64,000 nt of DNA from a virus (Duplodnaviria; Caudoviricetes): IMG/VR virus record IMGVR_UViG_3300028588_000021, positions 3,917-67,916 of that record. The stretch is one strand, 5' to 3'. Position numbers and translations under genes: made by a program. Position 1 is the first letter of the stretch. Each line of letters starts with the position of its first letter. The notes beneath the pieces are model-generated. The model had not been told where the DNA came from, did no database searches, and saw nothing but the letters and a program-made list of their open reading frames with translations. Below are positions 43,422-52,488 of this stretch, one piece after another.

Positions 43422-43614
43422 CATTGATGGTGTCCGCCACGTCCTGTGCCCACTCCTTGTTCGGGGCACCGAGTGCATACTCAAGGTCAGCCAGGGAGAT
43501 AGCAGCGTCCCCACTGAGGGTGTCCCAAGTGATCGGCAGGTTCAGCAACCAATCGTTGTTGTAAATGCCCACCATGACCGATGCCACGTGCTCTGCGGTT
43601 GCGTTGTTGCTCAT
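43414..43614 (-). CDS. hypothetical protein
   Basis: RBS; coupled ORF. Confidence 0.6.
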   Translation of the reverse strand: MSNNATAEHVASVMVGIYNNDWLLNLPITWDTLSGDAAISLADLEYALGAPNKEWAQDVADTINGG

Positions 43615-43742
43615 TACTTCTCCTCGCTCTTGATGAACAGAATGAGGGAAACGATGCTGAGAATGAAAGTCACTCCCGCTGCCGCAACCGCCACCTGATA
43701 GTCTTCCTTGTTCCGCACACGGCGGGTGATGTTGAATGCCAT
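43614..43742 (-). CDS. small membrane protein
   Basis: 42 aa, one TM helix, TAATG overlaps. Confidence 0.5.
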   Translation of the reverse strand: MAFNITRRVRNKEDYQVAVAAAGVTFILSIVSLILFIKSEEK

Positions 43743-43882
43743 TAGTCTTCCTCCTCGATTTCAGTGTCTTCGATGTACTCTTCGGTCAGCCAGAAGTCTT
43801 CCCAGTCGTGCTCAGTGGCTTCGCCGTAGGGGTCTTCCTCGACCAGTGCCTCAAGGTATTCTTGCTCAGACAAACTCTTCAT
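43742..43882 (-). CDS. hypothetical acidic protein
   Basis: GGAG RBS; MKSLSEQEYL start. Confidence 0.5.
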   Translation of the reverse strand: MKSLSEQEYLEALVEEDPYGEATEHDWEDFWLTEEYIEDTEIEEED

Positions 43883-44060
43883 CTCCGTTCTCGAACCACT
43901 CGCGGTAGTCATCTCCCAGTCCCCATGAGGACTGATCCAGCATCTTAGCAAGCTCGCTGGGCTTGACACCTTCGTCCTGTGCGATCATGTCCAAGTCCTG
44001 AAACATGCGGTCAAAGACAATGCTTACATGTGTCTCAACTTCATCCCGAGTGAGTGCCAT
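43866..44060 (-). CDS. hypothetical protein
   Basis: AAGGAG RBS. Confidence 0.6.
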   Translation of the reverse strand: MALTRDEVETHVSIVFDRMFQDLDMIAQDEGVKPSELAKMLDQSSWGLGDDYREWFENGDEEFV

Positions 44061-44203
44061 TACTGCTCCTTAGGGAAGTTGATAGTGAATTTGGTCATCA
44101 GTGTTTCGGCAACCTCGATGTTATCAGTTTCGTTGAGGTCATCCAGCACTGTAGTCAGCTCCGCTCGAAGCTTGAAGAACTCTTGTGCGAGTCGTGCATC
44201 CAT
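44060..44203 (-). CDS. hypothetical protein
   Basis: 47 aa; TAATG coupling at both ends. Confidence 0.5.
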   Translation of the reverse strand: MDARLAQEFFKLRAELTTVLDDLNETDNIEVAETLMTKFTINFPKEQ

Positions 44204-44583
44204 TACTCATCACCCGCCAGTTCCACCTTGACCGTGGTCTTGGTGTTGGGCTTCTGGAAGCGAGCGTACTCCTCGTCGGTGAGTACGTCCTTGGCCCGAG
44301 CGGAGGTCAGGACCTTTTTCGTCTCGGCGTGCTGCTCCCACAGGTCAGGGGCATTCTTCTTGCCGTACGCCTCGTTGAATGCCTTGCCCGTGAACACGGT
44401 GACAAGCTGGAAGCCGTTATCCGCGTCACCCAGCACCGCAGGCTCAGTCGTCTCGCCCACCAGCTCAGCCAACTTGGCCTTGAGGTTGTCGATAGCCTCG
44501 ATGCGCTCTGCAACCTCAGCCTGGAGTCCCACGATCTGTCGTGCGATCTTGGCCTTGCGCTGCTCGTCAGTCAGTTCAGTCAT
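44203..44583 (-). CDS. hypothetical protein (coiled N-terminus)
   Basis: GGAGA RBS. Confidence 0.65.
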   Translation of the reverse strand: MTELTDEQRKAKIARQIVGLQAEVAERIEAIDNLKAKLAELVGETTEPAVLGDADNGFQLVTVFTGKAFNEAYGKKNAPDLWEQHAETKKVLTSARAKDVLTDEEYARFQKPNTKTTVKVELAGDE

Positions 44584-44959
44584 TCTGTTCTCCTCCGTTC
44601 AGCCAAGCGTTGAACTCGCTCAGCGTGCTTACTTCCCGAGCCGACTCAGGCTCCGGGTCTACCCAGTTGTCTCTCGTAGTGTACACGATCTGGTCGTTGA
44701 TAAGAACATCAAACGCCACTCGCTCGTAGGAACAGGTCACGCAGTACCCGTCATCCCAATGTGCCTCGATGATGTACACCTTACCGCCATCCACGTGCGC
44801 TCGGGCACGTACACGGTCGGCCAAGTCACCGATGACCTCGGTCTTGATGTCACCGTAGCCCGCGATGGTACCGCTACTCCACGGGTCATCGTCGTAGCCA
44901 TCAACGTAGTAGCCGGGGCTATAGTCGTTGCTTACCTCAACGTAGTTTGTCTCAGTCAT
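44576..44959 (-). CDS. hypothetical protein
   Basis: AAGGAGGA RBS. Confidence 0.65.
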   Translation of the reverse strand: MTETNYVEVSNDYSPGYYVDGYDDDPWSSGTIAGYGDIKTEVIGDLADRVRARAHVDGGKVYIIEAHWDDGYCVTCSYERVAFDVLINDQIVYTTRDNWVDPEPESAREVSTLSEFNAWLNGGEQND

Positions 44960-44968
44960 GTGTCCTCC

Positions 44969-46333
44969 TTAGTGGTTGTCCAGCATCTCAGCCAGGTTAG
45001 CCTCGATTTCATCCAGTCGCTCAAGTTGATCGACCATCACGGTGTCAACAGCATACACGTACCAGCTATTGATCGGTTCAGTCTGGCCCGGTCGGTCCAG
45101 TCGCATCTTGCACTGCGTGTTCAGCAGTGCGTTGGGGTGCTTGCCCAGCCAGAACTCATTGTGACACTTGTGCTGGAGTCCGTCAGTGCCCTCAGCAATG
45201 GCAGCGATGCCAGCCACGAGCACACGGTACTCAGTACCCAGCGTCTCGATCAGCTCGTCACGCTTGGCAGGCTTCGTCTCACCGAAGAATGCCTCAGCCT
45301 TGATGCCCTTCTTCGTGAGCTGTGCGACCACGACGGGCACCAGCTTAGCAGACGGGGTGTAGACCACAAGAGTCTCGTCACCGATCTGCTCCAGCACCTC
45401 AAGCAGAGCGTCAATGCCAGCGCTCTTAGCGTTCTCCTTGAATGTGACCTCACCCTCGATGACCGTAGGCACAGCCAGGCAGACCTGGATCTGTCGGAGC
45501 TGCTTGACCAGGGGGTTCGAGGTCGGGATGAAGTTGGTATCACCCGTGTCGTCATCGTCAACCCAAGCCAGCGAGTCGCGGGTGAACTGATCGTACAGCT
45601 TGCGCTGCGCAGCAGTCAACTCAATCTCGACAGGAATCTCAGGCAGTCGGTCAGGCATGTCGTCACGGTGGTCGGCACGCAGTCGACGGCTGAACATAGG
45701 AATGTCGGCGACGACGCCACCGGGCACCAGCTCACGCACGAGGTCGATGACGGCACCGTTACGACGGGTGCGCCAGAAGTCCTCGATCCAGCGGTGGTAC
45801 GAGCGGTAACGCTCAGGCCACAGCCAGTTCAGCGTCGAGAAGATGCCGTCAGGCTTGTTAGCTGCGGGCGTACCCGAGAGGGCCAGCTTGTACTCCGAGT
45901 GGAACTCACGCATGCGGTCAGACTGAAGGCTGCGTCCGTAGTTCGCCATCTTATGCGTCTCGTCAGCGATGATGAGGTCAGCGTTCTGTCCGGTGAGCAC
46001 ACCGGAGCGCATCAGCTCCCAGCCTATCACGTAGAAGCCACGCTCGCCGGAGCGCAGACGCATGAAGCTGGCAACCTCACCCTTGTTGTTGGTCAGTCGG
46101 TAGAAGGGCATCCCAGGAATCTGTGCGGCAACCGTCTTCTCCCACGACTTGCGGGTGTTGAGCGGGAGGACCACGATCACTTGCTCTGCCTTGATACGAC
46201 GCGCGTACTCAACAGCAGCCAGGGTCTTGCCCAGGCCCATTTCCCATGCGAAGAACGCAGACTTGTCGGGGTGCTCAACAGCAGCCGTAACGTCCGCATC
46301 CTGCCAGTCATAGAGTTCAAATCGCTTAGTCAT
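44969..46333 (-). CDS. SF2 (SNF2-like) DNA helicase
   Basis: EMGLGKT Walker A, ADETH, LSGTP, EGTDGLQ, RLDRPGQ. Confidence 0.9.
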   Translation of the reverse strand: MTKRFELYDWQDADVTAAVEHPDKSAFFAWEMGLGKTLAAVEYARRIKAEQVIVVLPLNTRKSWEKTVAAQIPGMPFYRLTNNKGEVASFMRLRSGERGFYVIGWELMRSGVLTGQNADLIIADETHKMANYGRSLQSDRMREFHSEYKLALSGTPAANKPDGIFSTLNWLWPERYRSYHRWIEDFWRTRRNGAVIDLVRELVPGGVVADIPMFSRRLRADHRDDMPDRLPEIPVEIELTAAQRKLYDQFTRDSLAWVDDDDTGDTNFIPTSNPLVKQLRQIQVCLAVPTVIEGEVTFKENAKSAGIDALLEVLEQIGDETLVVYTPSAKLVPVVVAQLTKKGIKAEAFFGETKPAKRDELIETLGTEYRVLVAGIAAIAEGTDGLQHKCHNEFWLGKHPNALLNTQCKMRLDRPGQTEPINSWYVYAVDTVMVDQLERLDEIEANLAEMLDNH

Positions 46334-46796
46334 GCCACCTCTTTCGTGTTTTAATGCGGGAAATAGTTGAGTCGTTGACTCCAAACTCTCGCGCTAGTGT
46401 TATTTGCTTAGCACCTGCGTTCAGCCTAGCGCGTATTTCCTCAACTTGCAAGGCAGTGAGCTTACTATTTCCGCCTTTTTCGCCGTGTAATTTTGCTTGC
46501 CTCCCGCGCTTAATCATGTCAGCGGTGTTTTCTTTGTTCGTACCTGCGTACAGATGATCGGGGTTGCCGCACCTGCGGTTGTCGCACGTATGGCAAGCAA
46601 TTCTACCTTCTGGGATTTCACCCAGCATTACTCGGTGAACCAGCTTGCGCTCACCCAGAGCAGAAAACCACCCATACCCGTAGCCGTTGATAGGCCCGAG
46701 CCAGTTCCAGCAGCCACTATCATCGACAGCAAAACCATAGTAATCAAGCTGCTCTTGTATTGTGAACTGTTTGCCGCGCCCACCTCGATTGGGCAT
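46326..46796 (-). CDS. HNH homing endonuclease with C-terminal HTH
   Basis: GCWNW, VHRV, CHTCDNRRCGNPDHL, ENTADM; HTH LAREFGVNDSTISRI. Confidence 0.9.
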   Translation of the reverse strand: MPNRGGRGKQFTIQEQLDYYGFAVDDSGCWNWLGPINGYGYGWFSALGERKLVHRVMLGEIPEGRIACHTCDNRRCGNPDHLYAGTNKENTADMIKRGRQAKLHGEKGGNSKLTALQVEEIRARLNAGAKQITLAREFGVNDSTISRIKTRKRWHD

Positions 46797-46811
46797 GGGT
46801 GGTCCTCCTTG

Positions 46812-47009
46812 TTAGTAGTACGTCGGTGGCTGAGTGCCTACGACTAGTGTACCTTCTGAATCGGTGCTGCGGGACAAAAGCTGCTGAATTATCAGCAAGC
46901 TATCAGCAATGGATTGAAGAGCCTTGGTTTGTTTCTGTTCTGCTGTCTCCAACATCACATCGTCCGGCCCCATGTACCAGACAGGGTTAAGTCCTTCAGT
47001 GTAGGGCAT
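46812..47009 (-). CDS. hypothetical protein
   Basis: coupled to the RNA ligase stop. Confidence 0.55.
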   Translation of the reverse strand: MPYTEGLNPVWYMGPDDVMLETAEQKQTKALQSIADSLLIIQQLLSRSTDSEGTLVVGTQPPTYY

Positions 47010-48094
47010 CAGCGTGATCCCTTCGGCTCGATGGACCGCCAGATTGCAGTTTGAATGTCTCGCCCGTCCAGCAGGCTGAACATGTATCCCTGGTATTTGG
47101 GTTCTACGTACGCCTTCACCAGCCGTGCGAACAAAGCGCGGTCCACGACATCTTCATCGCCATCAATATCTTCGTACTGCTCAAGGATAGAGATGTAGCA
47201 GCCGTCAATCTCTCGCATCTCCAGAGCATACTCACGGTTCAGGTCGTTAGCAACACCCTCGGCCCACGAGTACAGCTCATCGGGCAGCTTGGACAGCATC
47301 TCCAGGTACTCGTTACGCCCTGTGCTAAGCACACGCCAGACAGACTTGCGGCTAAGCCCAGTGAAGATACGGTGCAGCTCGATGTAGTCCATCTGCTTGA
47401 CCTTGACGGCAGTGAAAGGATCAAGCCAGCACACCCAGCCCTCGGCGTTCTTGCGTTTGGTGTCTGCCCACGCCTCACGCAAGGTCTGATGTGCTTTGAC
47501 CGGACCCTCGCTCGGCGGGATGAAGTTACCGAGTTCGATGTTCACGGCTCCTAGCAGCGCCAGGTAATCCTCAGTTCCGTAGTCCACGACGATGCGGTTC
47601 TCCGGGTAGATGATTTCCACTAGCGGGGTGTAGCCGTCCTCCACCAGGTCCACCAAGGTATCAAACAACTCGGTGTTAGCATGGTTGGTCAACCAATCGC
47701 TAGCGTGCTGGGCCTGGTCGGAAGCAAAGCTGCCGCGTGTAGCGACCTCGAACATTCCACTGTACTCGTTGTAGTAGACAATGCCAAGCGAGCCATCATA
47801 CTTGTTGTCCACCCAGTACAGCATGGCATCCATGTCGATGCTGGGGGCCTCCTTCTGCCCGTAGTTGAAGAACTTAGCAAACGGCCTGGCGATAACCTCG
47901 TTTGTCGCAAGGTCAACGATCAAACCACGTGCCTGCAACGTCTCGGGCGTCCAAATGCTGTTGATCGCAGTGATGTCAGTGTAGTTGAAGATCGCCAGGT
48001 TCGGGTAGTGCGGGTGCTCTCGCATAGTGACCTCTTTACGGGCCACGTGATCGAGCAGTGCCGTCCAGTCGAGAATTTCAGTTACTAGTGTCAT
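47009..48094 (-). CDS. RNA ligase (T4 Rnl1-like)
   Basis: ARGL, RPFAKFFNY, KYDGS adenylation motif, EII, EGWV, KVK. Confidence 0.9.
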   Translation of the reverse strand: MTLVTEILDWTALLDHVARKEVTMREHPHYPNLAIFNYTDITAINSIWTPETLQARGLIVDLATNEVIARPFAKFFNYGQKEAPSIDMDAMLYWVDNKYDGSLGIVYYNEYSGMFEVATRGSFASDQAQHASDWLTNHANTELFDTLVDLVEDGYTPLVEIIYPENRIVVDYGTEDYLALLGAVNIELGNFIPPSEGPVKAHQTLREAWADTKRKNAEGWVCWLDPFTAVKVKQMDYIELHRIFTGLSRKSVWRVLSTGRNEYLEMLSKLPDELYSWAEGVANDLNREYALEMREIDGCYISILEQYEDIDGDEDVVDRALFARLVKAYVEPKYQGYMFSLLDGRDIQTAIWRSIEPKGSR

Positions 48095-48155
48095 TACGCC
48101 TCCTTTTTAAGCTCAAAAAATAAATCCTGATTTTTCCCGCATGGGCTTTTAAGCC

Positions 48156-49052
48156 CTAGAAGTTGCCGTCTGCGCACTGAAGTACTTTCAGCCCCTTGGC
48201 CCTCCACATGTCAACCACGCGGTTTCGGTCATCCAGGATGAAGTCTACATTGTACTTACCAGCAATGTGCTCCTCGAACAACTCGTTTTTGACCACATCG
48301 TCCTTGCGCTTGTCACCTTCGGGCCGCATGTACAGCTCATCGTAGTTAACGAAGTTCGCCGCTAGCCACTCCTCAGTTTCCACGCGGTAGCCACCATCAC
48401 GGCCCGACATGATAACCACACTAACATACGGCTCTTTCATAAGCGTGTAGGCATCTGCAATATCAGCAATCACATCATCCAGCGTATCCGTGTGGTACAG
48501 GGTTGGGTCGTAAGGACTGCGGCCCTGCATGTGCGCCAAGGTGCCGTCGATGTCAACCAGAATGGCGTGCGGCAAGCCCTCGACTTCTTTGTAAGGTGCA
48601 AACTTGACAGCAGCACCCTCGTCGAGCACAGGGGGCTCAGGAAGCTGGCCCTTCCTCACGAAACGGTCGAAGAAGCTCTTGATGACCTCTTCACCCACAG
48701 AGTCATCGAACCGGCCCGAGTCACGCGCCACAGCCGTCTCGTAGTCGATTTCGAAGTCCATGAAGCTGGCGAATGCGTTCTGCTCAGCCGCGAGCTTCAG
48801 CCACTCCTTCACGAAGCGTGCCGTCAGGTTGGTGTCGTCCACGATCACCGAGATGTCGTTGCGCAGCAGCTCCTTGACACGGCTGTGCTGGATCTTAGTG
48901 ACCAGCGGCTCGTTCTGCCCGTGCCTGACGCTCAGCTCCTTGCGCAGTTCGTCGCGGTTGACCCGCACGAAGTTGTAGTCCTTGGCGTACTGCTTGGCCC
49001 AAGTGGTCTTGCCACTGGCCGGAACCCCACGGGTCAGGATCAGTTCAGTCAT
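48156..49052 (-). CDS. polynucleotide kinase/3'-phosphatase (T4 PseT-like)
   Basis: GVPASGKTT P-loop, RDELR, DDTN; HAD motif DIDGT; DDRNRVVDMW. Confidence 0.92.
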   Translation of the reverse strand: MTELILTRGVPASGKTTWAKQYAKDYNFVRVNRDELRKELSVRHGQNEPLVTKIQHSRVKELLRNDISVIVDDTNLTARFVKEWLKLAAEQNAFASFMDFEIDYETAVARDSGRFDDSVGEEVIKSFFDRFVRKGQLPEPPVLDEGAAVKFAPYKEVEGLPHAILVDIDGTLAHMQGRSPYDPTLYHTDTLDDVIADIADAYTLMKEPYVSVVIMSGRDGGYRVETEEWLAANFVNYDELYMRPEGDKRKDDVVKNELFEEHIAGKYNVDFILDDRNRVVDMWRAKGLKVLQCADGNF

Positions 49053-49333
49053 ACTATCGTCTCCTCCGTTGTCGTTGTCGTCTTGATAATCACAATAGCA
49101 CGATCGGTCCACCGATAGCCATAGATTCCCTCGAAAAGCCGACCAAAAACATATTCAGTGGTCTTCCCCAGACGCTCTTGATACAAATTCTTGTAGCTCT
49201 TAATAGCAACAAGATCGAAGTCAGGCAACTCTCGGGGGTTGTTGTAACGCTTCTCTGGCTCGCTCCAATTTCCGTCTTTGTCAAGCCAGGAGTAGTCATG
49301 CTGAACCGCAATTTTTCGTGTAACTTCAATCAT
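49049..49333 (-). CDS. hypothetical protein
   Basis: AGGAGGAG RBS; AT-richer sequence. Confidence 0.55.
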   Translation of the reverse strand: MIEVTRKIAVQHDYSWLDKDGNWSEPEKRYNNPRELPDFDLVAIKSYKNLYQERLGKTTEYVFGRLFEGIYGYRWTDRAIVIIKTTTTTEETIV

Positions 49334-49520
49334 TCCACTCCTCCTTGATTCGCTTGATGTAGTCTTCGGTGAGCTGGTGGCGACGGGGGTAATCCGCCTC
49401 AGGCCATCTGTTGACGAGCCTACCATCTTTCAGGAGAGCTGCGCTCCACCCATCGTAGATGTACGGATCTTCAAATAGGCACTCCACGTCAGACATGGCC
49501 CACTCTTCGTACTCGGTCAT
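49326..49520 (-). CDS. hypothetical protein
   Basis: GGAGGA RBS. Confidence 0.6.
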   Translation of the reverse strand: MTEYEEWAMSDVECLFEDPYIYDGWSAALLKDGRLVNRWPEADYPRRHQLTEDYIKRIKEEWND

Positions 49521-49549
49521 ATTGTCCTCCAAAGTCTCTCGTAAATACC

Positions 49550-49580
49550 GATAGCCCGAGTCTAGTGGACTCGGGCTATC
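49550..49580. terminator. perfect 13-bp hairpin (U-less terminator or RNase III site)
   Basis: GATAGCCCGAGTC/GACTCGGGCTATC, intergenic. Confidence 0.55.
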
Positions 49581-49602
49581 AGGTCAAGCTATTTGTGTGA
49601 AC

Positions 49603-50073
49603 TTAGTCGTGCTCGTAGAACTCCACGCTGAAACCATCCGTGGTCGCCGTGACCTGCGCGGGATCACCGAAGTTCTCTCGCAGAACATCCTCGTAGCGAT
49701 CAAGGTTCGGCTTGGCGGCGTTGAATGCCTTTGCTTGCTCCAAGGTAGCGGTTTCAGGCCGGTAAGGATACTCACCCTTAGCGTTTTCGTAGCCAAGGTA
49801 CCAGCCGCTAACGAACCCGTCCTCGTAATCACCAGCATTGTCCTCACCAACAAACTTCACATCCAGCTCTTGCGCGCCGAACTCACATGCGTCACCGTCG
49901 TTGAAATACGGGGTGAACTGCTCCCAGCGAACCGCCTCTACGCCCTCGATAGCGAGCACAGCGTCAATTTCAGCCAGGAACTCAGCAGCGGTGCCCTGCT
50001 CGACACGCGAGCTGGTAAAGCGGCTCACGTCGCCGCTGATCGGTCGGTCGATGGTCAGGTTTTCGTTGCTCAT
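49603..50073 (-). CDS. conserved hypothetical phage protein
   Basis: WEQFTPYFNDGDACEF motif; sits next to a DUF6915-like gene. Confidence 0.7.
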   Translation of the reverse strand: MSNENLTIDRPISGDVSRFTSSRVEQGTAAEFLAEIDAVLAIEGVEAVRWEQFTPYFNDGDACEFGAQELDVKFVGEDNAGDYEDGFVSGWYLGYENAKGEYPYRPETATLEQAKAFNAAKPNLDRYEDVLRENFGDPAQVTATTDGFSVEFYEHD

Positions 50074-50492
50074 TAGTTTCCTCCATTAGTAATTCGTGAG
50101 GGGTTGTATACGGGGACGGTCGCTTCCCTCAGCTCTTCACGACCGACAAACTTGTTCTTCTTGCCGCCCATCCAGACCTTGCACTCCATGCAAGAAACCC
50201 AGTCGTCGGGGCTAGGCAGAAAGCCTAGATCCTCTACGATGTGGTTCTCCGCGATGTCTCGCACCATGACCTTGACGGTTCGTTGCTTTTTCTCATCGTA
50301 CACCTCAATGAAGTGTCCGAAAACCTCTTGGGCCATCCAAGGTCCCTTTGTGTGATGCAAAAACGAGCGGTGCCTCACGTCGCCCACGACACTCTTGAAC
50401 TGATCGATCCACTCGTGGATCTTGATGTAGTCCGCAGGCTTGCCACCAAAGTGCCTGGCAGAAGCTTGGGCATGAATGTAGCTATTCGCCAT
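50073..50492 (-). CDS. DUF6915-like His-rich protein
   Basis: HA..SA..FGG..ADY..IH.W.D and RHR..LHH motifs. Confidence 0.7.
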   Translation of the reverse strand: MANSYIHAQASARHFGGKPADYIKIHEWIDQFKSVVGDVRHRSFLHHTKGPWMAQEVFGHFIEVYDEKKQRTVKVMVRDIAENHIVEDLGFLPSPDDWVSCMECKVWMGGKKNKFVGREELREATVPVYNPSRITNGGN

Positions 50493-51141
50493 TGGGGTCC
50501 TCTTCGTAGAAATAGAAGTCCTCATCGTGCAGAGCACAGCGGAGATTGAATTCGTTGCGCTCGGTCCACTTCTTGGTGACCTGAACCGGGTCTTGGCAGG
50601 TCGGGCACTCCATCAGGAACTTCTTAGCCTTCTTGGCTGCCGTCTCGTTCTCCATGTTGGGGACGCGGTACTTGGTCAGCGCCTTAGTCAACTCAGCAAG
50701 GCCATCCTTGTACAGCTCGGCAGTGCCTGTGGCAAGGGTGGTGACGGACCAGCCGATGGTCGGGGCTTCGTCCAGCTCAAGCCCGAAGCTCAGCCCCAGC
50801 TCCTTGAACTTCTTGTTGTGATAACGCCCGTTGTTAGACGTGTCCTTAATCCCCTGTGCGTGAGCCTTGGCGTGCGCCAGCTCGTGAAGCAGGGTGCCAA
50901 GGGTTGCCTCAGCACCCCGCTTCAGCGACTCACCAGAGAGCAGGACTTCGTGAGTCGCTGCTCCCTGGTCGTCAGTCGACTTCCAGGAGTTGGGGGCAAA
51001 GTGTCCATGCACCTGGCGCTTTTTAGTGTAGCCAGCAGCACCGAGGACCACGGTCACTTCCGGGATGCCAGTGTTCAGGCTACGCGCCTTTTCAATCAGT
51101 CCATCGATGGCCTGAAGAATGGGCAGGGTCACTGTGCTCAT
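50482..51141 (-). CDS. SprT-like zinc metalloprotease with C-terminal Zn ribbon
   Basis: TLLHELAH (HExxH), YHNKKF, CPTC...C..H. Confidence 0.8.
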   Translation of the reverse strand: MSTVTLPILQAIDGLIEKARSLNTGIPEVTVVLGAAGYTKKRQVHGHFAPNSWKSTDDQGAATHEVLLSGESLKRGAEATLGTLLHELAHAKAHAQGIKDTSNNGRYHNKKFKELGLSFGLELDEAPTIGWSVTTLATGTAELYKDGLAELTKALTKYRVPNMENETAAKKAKKFLMECPTCQDPVQVTKKWTERNEFNLRCALHDEDFYFYEEDPNGE

Positions 51142-51163
51142 GTTTGCTCCTTAAGTCTTGGTC

Positions 51164-52168
51164 TTACTTCCGGTTTCGGTACAGGACAAAGCCTAGCACA
51201 ATAATGAGGACTCCAAGGAAAATAAATCCACCAAGGGGTTCGCTACTGCCCGTGTACGCCAGGGATGAATTCAAACTGGGCTGCTCCGTAGGAAGGTCCG
51301 TGGTCGTAGAAGTGGCCTTTGACTCGGTGCTTGGTCCAGACTCGACGCTTGACCCCGACTGTGGTCCATCCGTAGAACTGGTCGGGGTCGACGGTGTAGG
51401 GTTGGGAGACGACGGATTCGTCGATGGGGGCGTCGTAGGTTCGGTCGGCGTAGACGTTGGGGTAGGCGTGCTTGGCGATGGGGTAACCTCCGGTTCTTCA
51501 GTCTTGGGCGGGCAATCGGGCGTGATGATCGTGTGATAGCGCATGTTCATGGTGCCGTCCTCATTCAGCGGCCATGACTCGTCACCACCGTTTAGCACAC
51601 CCTTAGCGATCAGGGCCTCAGTGCGTGCATCCTTGGCATACAGGTCGCTCTGGTAGAACGTACCACACTTGGTAGCTGCGGCCTTCAGCGGGCCTACAAC
51701 GTCCGTGCTGGTAGTCACGGTGTGGCTGACAATCTTCTGAGGGAACTTCGGCGCGTCGGGGGCTTTCTCCCAGATGACCAGGACGTACTCAGGAGCCGAA
51801 GAAACCGGTGGGGTTGCTGTTGGCGAACTTGCTGAGGTCGACGGGGCCACCGGCTCGGAAGAATCGGAGTTCGGCTCCGACGTAGGTCCAGAAGCCGTAA
51901 GCTCGGTGAGCTGGGGACTCTCGGCGGGCGATTCCTGCAAAGGTGTGCCCCCTGTACTCGTCTGGGCTGTTGGTAAGTTCCCACCATCCGTCAATGCCTC
52001 TCCAGGACTGTCGAGTGACGTCTGTAGCGAGTCGTCCGTCGTCTTTGTAGATGATTGGGTATTCGTGCTTTCCGATGATCCCTCTCCTGTCTGTGCGTAT
52101 GCGAGTGTCGGCGCTCCGAAGAGCGTGATCGCAACCAACAGGGCAACGATCCATTTCAGCTTGTTCAT
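51164..52168 (-). CDS. secreted Ser/Thr/Pro-rich protein with LAXTG sorting signal
   Basis: signal peptide ending AYA; PT/PS-rich stalk; LAYTG, TM helix and RNRK tail. Confidence 0.8.
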   Translation of the reverse strand: MNKLKWIVALLVAITLFGAPTLAYAQTGEGSSESTNTQSSTKTTDDSLQTSLDSPGEALTDGGNLPTAQTSTGGTPLQESPAESPQLTELTASGPTSEPNSDSSEPVAPSTSASSPTATPPVSSAPEYVLVIWEKAPDAPKFPQKIVSHTVTTSTDVVGPLKAAATKCGTFYQSDLYAKDARTEALIAKGVLNGGDESWPLNEDGTMNMRYHTIITPDCPPKTEEPEVTPSPSTPTPTSTPTEPTTPPSTNPSSPNPTPSTPTSSTDGPQSGSSVESGPSTESKATSTTTDLPTEQPSLNSSLAYTGSSEPLGGFIFLGVLIIVLGFVLYRNRK

Positions 52169-52488
52169 CAGTCCTCCAGTTTCTTAGGCGGGTACGTGCC
52201 GGTGAACGCCTTCAGGTAGTCCTGCTTTTTCTGCTTAGCCAACTCGCGGTTGAATCGTCGCATAACCTTGTTCGCTGCCTTGCGGATCGATTCGTTGTTG
52301 GCATATGCCAATACACCTTCCTCAGCGGGGTAATAGCTGTACAAATTGCCGCGCCAAATCTCCACCTTCAGTTTTTTGCCGAGGGAGCTTCCCGGGAAGA
52401 AATCATTGCTCCAGTCGTGCTGCCTGATTTTCCAGACATAGCCCGTAGGCAGCTCGGGCAGTCCGGTGCTTTCGTCAATGTTAGTCAT
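52168..52488 (-). CDS. hypothetical protein (paralogue of the next gene)
   Basis: ends GTYPPKKLED. Confidence 0.7.
   Translation of the reverse strand: MTNIDESTGLPELPTGYVWKIRQHDWSNDFFPGSSLGKKLKVEIWRGNLYSYYPAEEGVLAYANNESIRKAANKVMRRFNRELAKQKKQDYLKAFTGTYPPKKLED

Noticed and set aside
44054-46354. 766-aa plus-strand ORF and other long antisense ORFs in the right arm
   Set aside because: These are shadows of the helicase and neighbouring minus-strand genes, with no RBS or motifs and biased composition.
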